64,000 bases of DNA from the NCBI GenBank assembly GCA_009103225.1, contig RHPI01003330.1, forward strand, positions 355,408-419,407, in the 5' to 3' direction. The notes beneath the pieces were generated by a model that ran no database searches, had not been told where the DNA came from, and was given only the letters and a program-made list of their open reading frames with translations. Numbering within the stretch: the stretch's first letter is position 1; each line of letters opens with the position of its first letter. A program made the translations under genes and the position numbers. Source of the stretch: Chlorokybus atmophyticus. Taxonomy: Eukaryota; Plantae; Mesostigma and Chlorokybus algae. Positions 52,239-63,722 of this stretch are shown piece by piece.

Positions 52239-52247
52239 TTGACAGGC

Positions 52248-53889
52248 ATGGACTACTACAGCTTGCTGGGCGTGAGGCGGGACGCCACGCAGGACGAGAT
52301 CAAGGCGGCGTTTCGAGCTAAGGCGCTCCAGTGCCATCCCGACAGGTGAGAGCGCAGGCACACATGCATGCTTGCTAAAGTAGTGCCTTAGTTGTGACTA
52401 ATACTATCTGTCTGGTTCAACCGTCCGTGTGTGCTCGCTTATCACAACTCACCATTGAAGTAGTAACTATGTCTGTCGGTCATTTATTACGTTATCTTCA
52501 GTGAATAACTGTTCAGATTGTCATCCCGTGACGTCAACTCATGGTATGCCTTGAATATAAAGGCACCACCGGTTGACTTGAAATCATCATCAGTTCTGAC
52601 ATCGTGGTTGGCAAGCTGCTAGATTTCAATGTGACTACTGGGTCCCAGGCAGTGGTACAAAGATGAGAATCAGTTTTGAGCGTTGTAAACAATACTTCGT
52701 GCAGAGGAGGCCTGCACTTCGTGTACACCAGCATGGACCGGTATGGTTGTATGTTCATCCTGAGCATGCACGCAACAATACCGGACCATGTTGCGCTTGC
52801 TGCTGCCTGCCGTTGTTGTAAAGGCCGTGCCACCAAATGCAGTTGTAGCTTTTAGTGCAAGCATTATTACGCCTATGATACGTGCTCTGTGCACATGTGC
52901 ATGTGCGTGTTGCGTGTGCGTGCGCGTCTGCGCGCGCTTACGCGTCTTTGCATTGAAGAACCCAACCTGCAGTTGGCCCACATGGCATGCAGGCTTGCAG
53001 AGGCTAGCGCAAAGCAACGCGAGGCTGCAGGCACGCACTTCAAAGCCGTATCAGAGGCATACAACGTGCTGCGAGACGGTGAGAAGATGGTATCATGCCT
53101 TTACATGCATCAGCAATAAGTTAAGCTTGCATAATCAACATACAAGTGAGATCGGTAAAGCAGTTACACGCACAGTTTCGCGCGTCATGCGCTGTTTGCG
53201 GGTCGTTGTGCACTTGCTTAGGCTGCGCTGGTAGTTGAGAGACTGGCACAACATCTACTGTACTCTTGGCAGAGGGTAGGCGTGCTGTGTACAACTTGCA
53301 CGGGCGTTCGGCCACGCAGGAGTATGCGCGATCACAGTATGGCGCCAGCACCAGTGGCAGGCCCTATTATCAGCAGCAAGGCTATTACTATCATGGCGAT
53401 AACAATAATGCTTACAGGCCGCCTCCCAGCGGCTTCGTCAACTTCATGTCCGCTGTAAGGCGCGGTTTCACCCGCGCGGACGCCATCTTTCATGCCATGA
53501 TAGCTGGGTAAGCATTGCCACCACCTAATCATCCCCTGTAACCAAGCATTGTCAACTTGCTGATGCTGCTGTTGTCGTTGTCATTGTCTGGTACTCATCT
53601 TCTGTTACCCGTTGTGGACAAACTGTTCCTTTGCAGGACTCTGGTGTTTGGTGTCGTTTTTGTGAACCAAGGCATCACGCGCTTTTGGGAGCGGCACAAC
53701 ACTGGGGTACAGTGGCTTGTCATAGTTCAATGATACATGCATTGCTCTTTCGGTAGAATGTTATACCCATGCCGTGCTTCACTTCAGAGGTCCTTTGAGG
53801 AGGTGATGCAAAAGCAGAGTTTGCGCCCTGCTGCAACCGAGGCGCCAATGCAAAATCCTCGCTCGCTGCAGAAAGGTGATCCCCCGTGA
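52248..53889 (+). CDS. DnaJ type-III protein with a C-terminal TM segment (similar to Arabidopsis DnaJ72)
   Basis: [33 protein letters not shown]...[13 protein letters not shown]; [14 protein letters not shown]; WERHNTG/RSFEEVM; stop TGA at 53887-53889. Confidence 0.9.
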
Positions 53890-54368
53890 TTCGTGACACA
53901 AACATCAGGATACCATTGCTGATACATGCATTAGACAATCAATGTAAGAATAGTGGTAAATTGACATCTTGTGACTTTAGAGGTAAGTGTGTCGCAGTAC
54001 TGGGCGTTTAGTGAGATGGTAGATGGGTAGCCCATTTGTATCATTCGTGTGGCATTACGTTGATAGACCAGATGGGACACGCCAAGTCCTTGCTTGTGTT
54101 GTAAGAAATAAATGAGAATTTGTAGTGAATGTTATGTGTTGTTGAGTTCGTGCTTGTAGTGACCATGGCTAGTGTTTTGAAATTCAGCACGGTTGACATG
54201 GTAAGTTACCCACATACTACATGTAGCTTTTTGATTGCTGGTTATGATTGACAATTTCCAAAAGCTCTTACAATCAAACTTGTAAGGCATGCCAGCACTT
54301 GATAACTTACATAACGGAACGGAACTTGTAGTACATGTAAGACTATCAAAGTTATGACTCAAACCTTC

Positions 54369-54671
54369 GAGTAACATGCGGTATGTTACTCAATTGTGGG
54401 AGTGCATCTCCCACAATGCGTAGTTGAGTAACATGCAGTATGTTACATGCCAGCGGCACCATTATGGTTGTTGTAATAATTATCCACGTCGTCGTTGTCG
54501 TCGTCGGCAGTTGCAGCCGCTGCGTAGTTGAGTATAGCTATCAGTATGTTACTCAACTACGCACTACCACAGTGCATGGTTGAGTAACATGCAGTAAATT
54601 ACATACCAGCGGCACAATGATGGTTGTTTTCATTATTGTCCACGTCATCGTGATCAGTTGCAGCCGCTGCG
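54369..54671. repeat. Nest of short perfect hairpins plus a ~110-bp tandem duplication
   Basis: Stems of 9 bp (54369-54391), 10 bp (54393-54417) and 14 bp (54521-54563); repeat units at ~54410-54520 and ~54567-54671. Confidence 0.9.
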
Positions 54672-56141
54672 CTCCACACAGCTTGCTCACCTCGGCTCTT
54701 CTCTCCTCCCCGCTTCATCTCTGCAAGTGGGGACACACAGCCTTTGCTTGCGTCACTCCCTCATCCCATGCATAACCGTCTTGCATTCAATGCAAGTTGT
54801 ATTGCACATAGTTACTGCCCATAGCCAGCCTCTTAGGTGTATTTGCGGTGTAATAATTGGTGTAATAACTGGTTCTTGAGAGGTGTTTCAGTGTATGTTC
54901 GACGGTGCCCACACGTGCGTGTGTGCAAATGCCTGCGCATGTGTGCCATATGGTGTGGCTGCGTGAGTGTAGAAAATATGCAATGCTGTGCATGTGTATA
55001 TAAGGGGTATGGTATGGTGGCAGCATGCATGGTGTGGACAATGCGAATGTGTATCTTTGTGTGTGCAAGGGTGCAAGTATGTGAGTGCAAGTGCATGCGT
55101 GTGTATATGGTTGTTTTGTGGGCTGAGCGTACTCTTTGTCTCAGTGCGTCAGTCTGTAGCCTACTGGTACTGCTCACGCTACCACAACCAGCCTGTGACG
55201 AATGCCACATTAGTCATCGGGATTGCCTCTGCTTAAGTAACACTGATAGCTTTGAATAATACTCATGCCTAAACACAATCGTTAGAACTGCTACTCCGAG
55301 TAGCAGTCAGTGACGGCTGCAATAATGCCCTGTCAACAACGCTTTACGAAATAACAGACGCGTATCTGACAGCAGCAAACTTTGTTGCGTGCTCGGGAAG
55401 AATGCATGATATAATCCGTCACTATTCATTGCACTGCGCGTGAGCGCATCAGCGCGAGACTTAATTGTGCGTGCGTTTTCCCCGGCTGAGCCTGCGCCGC
55501 CCCTGCCTTGTCTATCAACTGTGTCCGCCCATGGAAACCAGGCTTTGAAGCGGTGGTGTGCGAAGGTGGGTGGGGTGGGGAAGGCCAGGGGGGCAGAGGG
55601 GAGTACATAGTTGTGAACAAGCAGCTGCATCTACATGAAGGCGCAAGAGGTTAGCCGGCGGCAACTTCATTTTGAGCACATGAGAGGTCGTCAACTGAGT
55701 GTGCAGAGCTCTTGATCTGAAAACAACCACTTGTTCTCACACAATGGTGCTGGTAATCAATTGATTGTCAACTGTCTGTCCGGCAGGCAGTGATGAGAGG
55801 CACCCCATCCTTTCAGAGGAACTCGCTATCTCGCCTATGCCGCATTGACAGTGGTAAGTGTTGCCGCATAACATTGTGTCAAGCCGTCAGTCGCATGTGG
55901 CACGCAACAACGCGCACGCACGTGAGCAACAGCGAAGGTATTTATCCGTTGATTGTGGTTGGCAACTCTGCAGTGGCAACGTCATGCAGCGTTGGTAGGG
56001 GCGAGTAGTGGTTGCGGCGTGCACTCGCTGGAGGCGCCGGTGGGTGACGTGCGCTGGAGTGGCGTGGGCAAACACCTGAGCGAACTAGTTTAACAATCAC
56101 CTCAGCTGCAGGAAAGGCTGAGAGTTGCGATCTCACCTTGA

Positions 56142-56942
56142 TTATTGCGTGGGTTTTGCTTGTTGAGCATCCAGATCCTGTTGGAGTGCCTGCTTGTACT
56201 CCAGCGTCGCTTTGTAGTCAATAGCTCCACAGTTGTACACCCTGCTGGCTACAAAACCCACACCCACCTGCACCGGCACGGGCACACATGAGTAAACACA
56301 ACAATGCATTAGTGCATGACACGCAAATGATGCCATTGACATCCGGTGTGATGTTAATACAGGAGTGAGTCCTTTCAGTTATTGACTATAAGCGATGAGT
56401 CTATCAACCTGTCCGACCAAGCGTGGCATGCATTGATATGTTGTGTAGTGTAGTGCTTGCTTACCGTCAGTAGCGTGATCCCTACGACAAAGCATCTGCT
56501 CGCAGTGCCAAGCCAGTTCCACTGATCCCCTTCCTAGAATTTTTGATTGCCCGATTCGCATGTGCTAGTAGTAGGCGACAACATTTCAGAATCGGTGGAT
56601 CGCTCTTGCGCTTCAAGCACTGCGCCGTTGCGTGCCTTGCGCTTGTTTTTACTCTGCTTGCCAGCAACCACCTATCATGCACAAAGGACACATTCCGGAT
56701 CGCAGCTAGCAACCTACGTTACGAACTGCAACTTGCTCAAGCGCTGGACAAAGCGATCGCAACATGCAAGGTGTGACCTGCAGTCGGAATGCTGGCGTGT
56801 GTTGAGCGAGGCGGCACGCCCGATTGGCGCCTCCTCCTCGCAGCGACTTCAAGCTTGGCGTGAAGCTGTTGCAGCAGTTGGCCTCGCCTCCTCCCCGCAA
56901 CGACACCGCCGCCGCTGGCACCGCAACCATCGCCATCGCCAT
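56142..56942 (-). pseudogene. Three-exon gene for a ~165-aa plastid-targeted membrane protein with one in-frame TAG
   Basis: Exons 56942-56778, 56671-56465 and 56267-56142 all join in phase 0 with GT-AG sites. Translation: transit-like peptide ...FRLQ/VVAGKQSKNKRK...NQKF*EGDQWNWLGTASRCFVVGITLLT/VGVGFVASRVYNCGAIDYKATLEYKQALQ. The TAG is at 56534-56536. Confidence 0.7.
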
Positions 56943-58399
56943 CGCCAAGCACAAACTGAAGACCCCTTGTGTGCATTGTGTCGTCTGCGCCCAAGCGAGA
57001 AGCGGGCCACCGTGGCAACAACTATCATCAACATCACTGACGACAACGACGACCAGGATACTTACGACGACAGCTGCAACAACAACAAGCCTCCCTGGTA
57101 CAGGCAGTAGCGCCAAAGTGCTCTCTCTCTCTCTCAGCGTGCATGTACTCATCCTTTACGCACCTGCGCCTAAACTGCATGCTATATCATGATGCCTCAG
57201 ACTGCTGCTGATGTTGCTACTGTTGTTGTCGTTGTTGTTGCTTTGTATTCAACAGCCCCAATGCTTGGGTTTAACACGCAGGCCCTGGGCACCTCTCTGT
57301 TTGCTCACAACCATACTGCCCACAATAACAACGACACATATGATCACTAAGGCATACTGGAGCAGACCCAACATATGCACACAGGAGCGATTCTGCACGT
57401 GCGTGCTCCTGTTGTGTACCCTTATGTTCACGGTGAGCAAGGGTACAGGTAAAAAGTATCATCCTGTTATACTACTATGCCATCCGTTTCAATACGTTTG
57501 ACAAGTTGATTGATATAGAGTGCATCTGTACATGTCAACACGCAACACGACACGTTGAGGGTGGGAACTCACAGTTGGTATGATCGGTAAGACCAAGAGC
57601 CAGTGCGCTTGCTGATTGTGGTTGGCGTCGCCGCAGTGGCAACAGAGCACGGTATTGGTGTGTGTGTGTGCGCGCGCGTGTGTGTGTTGCAGTGTGCAAG
57701 TGCGTACGCGCATCCAGAACGGTGCGTACGTGCGTGCATGTGTGCCTGGTTGACTGCCCACGCTGCCTCCCGGCAACCCCCACACAGCTCCCGTAACACC
57801 CACTCACCCACAGGTCCTTGCCGTGAAGACTTCTCGGCACACGCTATTTCGTGCTGTGGCCGCCAGCGCGTTCATCTCGGTCTTTGTCGGCGCCGTGGTG
57901 GGCACGGAGGACCGCTGTCCTAGCGATGATGATCAATGGTGGAGGTGGGAGAGTCAGCTTCCACTTTTCCATCAGAGGGTGATGTCCATCCTACCACATA
58001 TTTACATGCATGCTATGCAAAGGACGATACAAAGACACAAGTGAGACAATGAGCTGTGTTTCGTGTACAGCCACAACACTGTCTGGCTACATCTCCCCTG
58101 ACCAACTCGTGGTGCGCAAGCTAGCGTCACACCAGGAGCACAACAATTAGCCAATGAGTTGCTGTGCAAGGATACATTAGCTTACACAGCGTTGTCGTGC
58201 TCTTGGTAATGTGTTGTGAATCAAGAGCAGTAGAGTAGAAGCGAGTTCTGCCAAAGCCAAGAAGAGAGAGGCGTCTTTAGAAGCCTTGGAAAAAGCGCCA
58301 GTCTCACGACAGGTACGAGGTGATTGTTAAGAGATGTCCCAGAGCTCTGTGTGCGCACTCTTATGTGCACATCTTGCACAGGCTGCCAGGAGATGATCT

Positions 58400-60117
58400 C
58401 TATGCATGGCATTATTCTCCAATCGGATTCATACGATGGCGCGAGTGTGTCTGCGGCAGTTGGCTTACTTGAAAGTGCGATTGATTAGTTACTCAGATGA
58501 AGACGTGCAGACGGAAGGGAGTGCTATCAAGGAAACAGTAAGCGTGCGGGAGTCGGTCAGCCAGCAACAAGGGCTATCAAAGCGCTGATAACAGCTGCGG
58601 CAAGGCGACTGCTGGTTGTGGAAGGAGACGGAAGTGCTGCGGCTGTAACAACAAGCAGCTCAAGTGACAGCGCCATTGGCAACAGAACACGCAGTGGGTG
58701 GGTGTGGCATGACTGTCGAGGGCCTCCTTGAGTGTGCTCACTGCATGAGGATGTATGCAGAGGGCTCAAGCACACCGCCGAGCTTTTTCTGCTCGCAGTC
58801 TTGTTTTCAGCAAAGAAATAGGCCTCGCATCGAGCCAAAGTGCATCCTACCCTTTCTGCCTCTTGAGAATGGCAGCGGTGTTGGCGAAGGCCTCGCAAGA
58901 AGAACTCGTCAAACCCGCACTAACAGCACAAGCAAGCTGGTTGCAAATGGTACGGATGGTGTGTGCTTAATAATCATGCTGACCAGTCCAGCAGGCGCTG
59001 TTAGTTCAGTCAGTTTACAGATTGTCTCTGCTGTCTGCTTGGGCAGGTGACGCACAGCCATCAGCTGACACGGTGGATGCACTTGTGCAAGCACAGAACG
59101 CACTGTTGCAAGCTGAGAAGATGGCAAATAGAGGGATTGCAGAGCGAGCATGCCTTCAGTACGAGTTGGCCGTGCGGCTTTTCCAGAAGGTGCCTGAAAG
59201 AATTGGTATCATGTTTAACATTGGTGTCCTAAATTAAGCCTGCGGTATAGGTGGAGAGCACAATGTCTGCGCGCCGAGGGACTTCAGAGCAACAGCTGCT
59301 GATCAATGTGTGCAGAAGGGGTGAAGCTGCTGGTGCTTACACACAGCGCCGAGTGACTGGGCACCACGATGATGCTGCCAGCTCAAACAGTGGACGCCAT
59401 GAGGATATACAAGAAAGTTGGTGATCTGATGGCACCTTCACTGCAACCCAATGACAAGTTTTTGTTTGCGTGGTCTTAATCTGCTTGACGCAGCCTTGGC
59501 GCAGCCTTGGCGCCACTGCTGAAATGGGGCAGTGCATGTTCGATCTCAACCAAAGTGCAACTTGCAGAGGGACAAGTGCAGCGTGCTCAACGAGCATTTG
59601 AGGCAGCTGCCAACTGCTTAGAACAGGTGATGTCTCGTGTGCACCTGCAAGCTGTGCATCCCCTTTAACCGTCTGCAGTTGCCGCAATAGCAATGGGCCA
59701 TTGCTCTTGCGATCTTTACAGTGCGCACACCACAGTCGTGTGGTGTGCGCACTACTTGACCAACACGTTTGCTACTATGGCGCTTGGTTTGGAAGCGCTA
59801 ACTGCACTGTCTGGTCGTAACTGTTGGTTGCATGCACCTTATACCCAGCTGTGTTGGTCCACAGGCTGAGCAATGGACGTTGACTGTGGATGCGCTGCGG
59901 CTGTCAGCGGTTGCAGCCGTGCTGCATAATACAGTCCAGCCCCAGCAAAGATGCTTCTCAATCGTGCCATACGAGTCGCCGTTGACAGAGGACTTGACGC
60001 TGAAGAGGCGCACTGCTACCCCGCGATGGCCGGCACTGAGGAGGGTGTCAAGTGCAAATCCTGGCTTGTACTTGCCCATGCGCAAGTTTAGAGAATTGCA
60101 CCTAAGACAAGAACTTG
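58400..60117 (+). pseudogene. Decayed gene with a MetAP1-type (zf-C6H2/MYND-like) zinc finger followed by TPR-like helices; truncated by duplication copy 2
   Basis: GCGMTVEGLLECAHCMRMYAEGSSTPPSFFCSQSCFQ; TPR-like segments ACLQYELAVRLFQK, QLAEGQVQRAQRAFEAAANCLEQ and AKMLLNRAIRVAVDRGLDAEEAHCY lie in shifting frames; in-frame TGA at 59354-59356; frameshift near 59550. Confidence 0.6.
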
Positions 60118-63100
60118 CTGGAGTACAGTGGCTTGCCATGACTCATTGATATATGCATTGCTCCTTCAGTACCGGTATGTCAATGCCCATGTCGTGCTTT
60201 ACCTTTGTGGAGTTGATGCAATGCATGCAGAGTTTGCGCCATGTTGCCACTGAGCCGCCAATGCAAAATCCTCCCTCGTTGGAAAAAGGTGATCCCATGA
60301 TTCGTAATATGACCATTGCTGATACATGCATTAAACGATCCATATAAGGTGAGCGGTGCATTGACATCTTGCAGCTCGAGAGTTAATGTGTGCATTGCCC
60401 CATTGGGCGTTGGGTTAGATGGTAGATGCGTAGCGCATTCATATCATTCATTTGGTATCGTAAGTGCCTTTCAATTGCTTAACGAATGGGATACGTCAAG
60501 TCCTTGTTTGTTGTAAGAGTTCGATGTGGAGCTGTGGTATATGTTACGTATTGCTGAGTTCGCGCTTGTAGGGACTCCGTGTATTGCTTTTCATGTAGAT
60601 GAGAACATCGTAACATTCCTTGTGCATAATGCACGGTTAATATCATGTTAAGCACAATCATTGCAACAACATGTACTACACCTAGTTGGCCACAAAAGCA
60701 ATTGAAAAGCATACAACATAAAGCTAGTAAGGCAGGTTACCAATTTGTAGCTGTAAACGACATAAAGGAACCGGATTTGCAGTATGCATGTTAATACTAT
60801 ATAATTATAAGTATTTTACTCAACACACATCTCCACAATGCATGGCTGAGTAACATGCGGTATGTACATACTAGCGGCACAAGTAAAGTTGTCGTCATTG
60901 ATGTCCTTATCCACGTTCTCAGTTGCAGCCGCTGCACTCCTCACATCTTGCTCACCTTCGCTCTTCTCTTTGCTGCGTCTTTGTAGGTGGGGACACATGT
61001 GCTTAATACAGGTGACGCACTTTGAATGCATGCATCACGGTGATAGCACATGTGCGTGTCCCGGTGGTTGGATGAAGTATGGGGCATGCGTGAGCTGAGG
61101 CGGTTGCGTTTGCACGACCATGATGACGGATGCATGAGCATGCTTAACATGTAGCAATGACTGCTAGCTGCAAACTGTATAAGTATGTTAATAGTACGCT
61201 CGATTTTATGTACACAGCCTTTTCTTGCGTCACTTCCTCGTCCCACGTCTACACGTCGTGCCGCATTGATTCTATTGAGTACGATTAATGCCCATAGCCA
61301 GCCCCTTTCGAGCAGTTGTGGTATATTTGTGGATGTAATAAAGGGGGGGGGGGGGGGGGGGGGGNTTACACACACGTTGCAGTCGTGGTTACCTGTAGCA
61401 GCGCCACCTGATTATCGGCCCATTTGTAGCAACACTAGCGATCACAACAGCAGCAGGAGGGGGGCACATATGTATGTGTACACACCGAAACTTGTATCTC
61501 AGAGTGTGTACAGAAAATGCGAGGGGTATGCCCATTCAAACCACACCACGCATGCAACACTCTGCAGCAAATACTCACCTCGTTGCTACATACACGACCA
61601 CCAGGCTACCTACTCTACTCCTACATCTACCTACATCTACGCCCCCCTGTTGGTCATGCATGCACACTGTCACAATTTATCCCAATTCGTGACATATCCC
61701 GTAAGGGACTGAGGCAGATCTAGGGCAAAAACAAAAACATTTGGGGCGGCTTGCCCTAGGCTGGGCGCGGGATCACGACCTGCGCGCCGAGCCAGTTCAA
61801 CCTAAGGCCGCGTGAGCGGTCGCGCTGCGATGGCAGGTCGCGCGGTGAGGATGGCCGTTCGTTTGGTCGGTCAAGACCGTTCGTGGGCCGGATCCAACAA
61901 GCTGCAGGCAGACCGATCGTGGTATGGCCGCGAACACGGCGACGTGGGCTAGTGCCTCATTAGATTATGAGGAACTCATGGGTTAATTGGGGAGGAATGT
62001 CAGGAATTGGGAGATTGTGACAGACCTCACTCATGGTAGTGTCTTTTACTATCATAGCCTAGTGGTCGGGCCCCAATTGTTACACACACGTTGCAGTCGT
62101 GGTTACCTGTAGCAGCGCCACCTGATTATCGGCCCATTTGTAGCAACACTAGCGATCACAACAGCAGCAGGACTCGGACTCCCCCTCCCTCCTCTCTCCC
62201 CGACACCCGTGTGCAAAGCTGCCGGCATGTGTGTCTGTGCAAGTGCCTGCACGTGTATGTGTCAAGACGTGGCTGCATTGATGTATATCTTTGCGTGTGC
62301 AAGTGCGTGCGTAAGCAAATGTGCGAGTGCAAGTGCATTTGGAGTAATATATAGAGATTCATATAGAGTTGTAATATCATAGCAACGACAAGCCACATGC
62401 ATATGTGTCTATATTGTTGTCGTGTGAGCTGAGCATGCTCATCATCCTGGTGAGCCAGTCTAAAGGCCTACTGATGGTGCTCACACTATCAGTGACAACT
62501 TGGGTTGAATGCCTTACTAGCCAATATGATGCCATTGGTTAAGTTCTACCTATAGCTTCAAGTAACATGTATACAACTTATACAACTTACACCTGAGCAC
62601 GGTTGTGAGATCTGCTATTCAGACGGCTGCCGGTAATGCCCTGTCAACACCAGCGCTTTGGAGTACTAAACGCGTATCTGACGTCAGCAAACATTTCATG
62701 CATGCATCCGCGAGTGGATGCATGCATGGTATGATCCATCACTGACAGTGAGCAGTCACTGTGCATGGCGCGTGAGCATATTCGTTTATCCCCGCCGCCT
62801 GGCTGACTCAGCCCACGCCCCCATCAGCCGACCAAGCATGCGCCAGCCTTTCAACTGTGTCCGCCCATGGCAACCAGGCAGGCTGTGAAGTGGTGGTGGG
62901 CTAGGCTTTGAAGGTGGCTGAGGTGGGGCTGGGGCGAGAGGGAGGCCAGCAGAACAGCGTGCCGTGCGCCAAGGTGAACAAGCAGCTGCACCCTTGATGA
63001 AGGCGCGGCAGGTTAGCTGGCAGTCGGCATTCTCACACAGAGCACAGTTGGGTAAGGTTGTCAACCAAGTAGTCTATGTATATGCAGAGTTCTTTCTGCA

Positions 63101-63722
63101 AACGACCCCTTGTAGTTGTTCTTGAGTTCACACAACTGTGCTAGTGATTGTGTCATTAAGTGTTTGTTTGGCAGGCAATGAATGAGAGAGGCATGCCATC
63201 CTTCTAGAGGAAACCCTCTATGTCGCCAGTGCTGTAATAAGAGCGGTAAGTGCTACCATAGTATTGTCTCCGTATGTGTGTACGGCACCACGCCCACAAG
63301 TGCGATGCTTTGCTGTCAGAGACGTGTGTAGCAAGTTGATTGCATGCATACAGCCAAACTGGTGCGCTTATGTGTACGTAAAGATGATCAACAAGTTGAG
63401 ATTTTCAACAGCATCTTTCGTATGATGGGTATCACTGCCACAAAGTCTCACACCACATTGTGACTCACAGATGCATCGGCAAGAGAACCGCCCTTCCCAC
63501 TCAACACAATGCGACCACGACGAGGAGGAGTACTGCGAGCAGGACCCCTTTCTGTCCAAGGAGGAGGCAAACCACTGTAGCAATGACAACATTGTTGGAG
63601 GCTATGGTGGGTTTGCCGCTTTCAACATCAACGATGGCGACGATAATGTCAGGGACACATGCGACGACAACAACAACAACAACAACCCTCCCTCAAACGC
63701 CAGGGCACAATCCCAGACGTAG
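60118..63722 (+). repeat. Copy 2 (derived) of the duplication; the DnaJ acceptor is deleted and the copy carries an ~860-bp insertion and a contig gap
   Basis: Homologous to 53702-57110; retains a degenerate DnaJ last exon (FVELMQCMQSLRHVATEPPMQNPPSLEKGDP); lacks the 56.1-56.9 kb gene. Confidence 0.88.
61366..62205 (-). mobile_element. LTR/TRIM-like non-coding insertion with 93-bp identical direct repeats
   Basis: 61366-61458 is identical to 62080-62172. On the minus strand a 128-bp unit runs TGTCGGGG...GTAACA (62205 to 62078), followed by AT-TGGGGCCCGACC (PBS-like). The interior is CpG-rich and absent from duplication copy 1. The left end abuts poly-G plus N. Confidence 0.6.

Larger units (their letters stand above)
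53702..57110 (+). repeat. Copy 1 (donor) of an old local duplication starting at the last DnaJ intron
   Basis: Collinear, diverged homology with 60118-63722, for example ccaatgcaaaatcctc, ccattgctgatacatgcatta, cagttgcagccgctgc, taatgccctgtcaaca, tcaactgtgtccgcccatgg, gtgaacaagcagctgca and a D/N-rich tail. Confidence 0.9.

Noticed and set aside
54369-54671. CRISPR-like appearance (palindromic repeats with spacers)
   Set aside because: Only two or three diverged units with homologous inter-repeat sequence, no unique spacers, no cas genes, and a eukaryotic context.
56547-57110. 187-aa plus-strand ORF
   Set aside because: It is mostly the antisense of the three-exon minus-strand gene and its promoter; only the low-complexity D/N tail is shared with 63540-63722.
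62054-62100. Pol III A-box (TAGCCTAGTGG), suggesting a tRNA or SINE
   Set aside because: No proper B-box (GTTCRA) and no cloverleaf.
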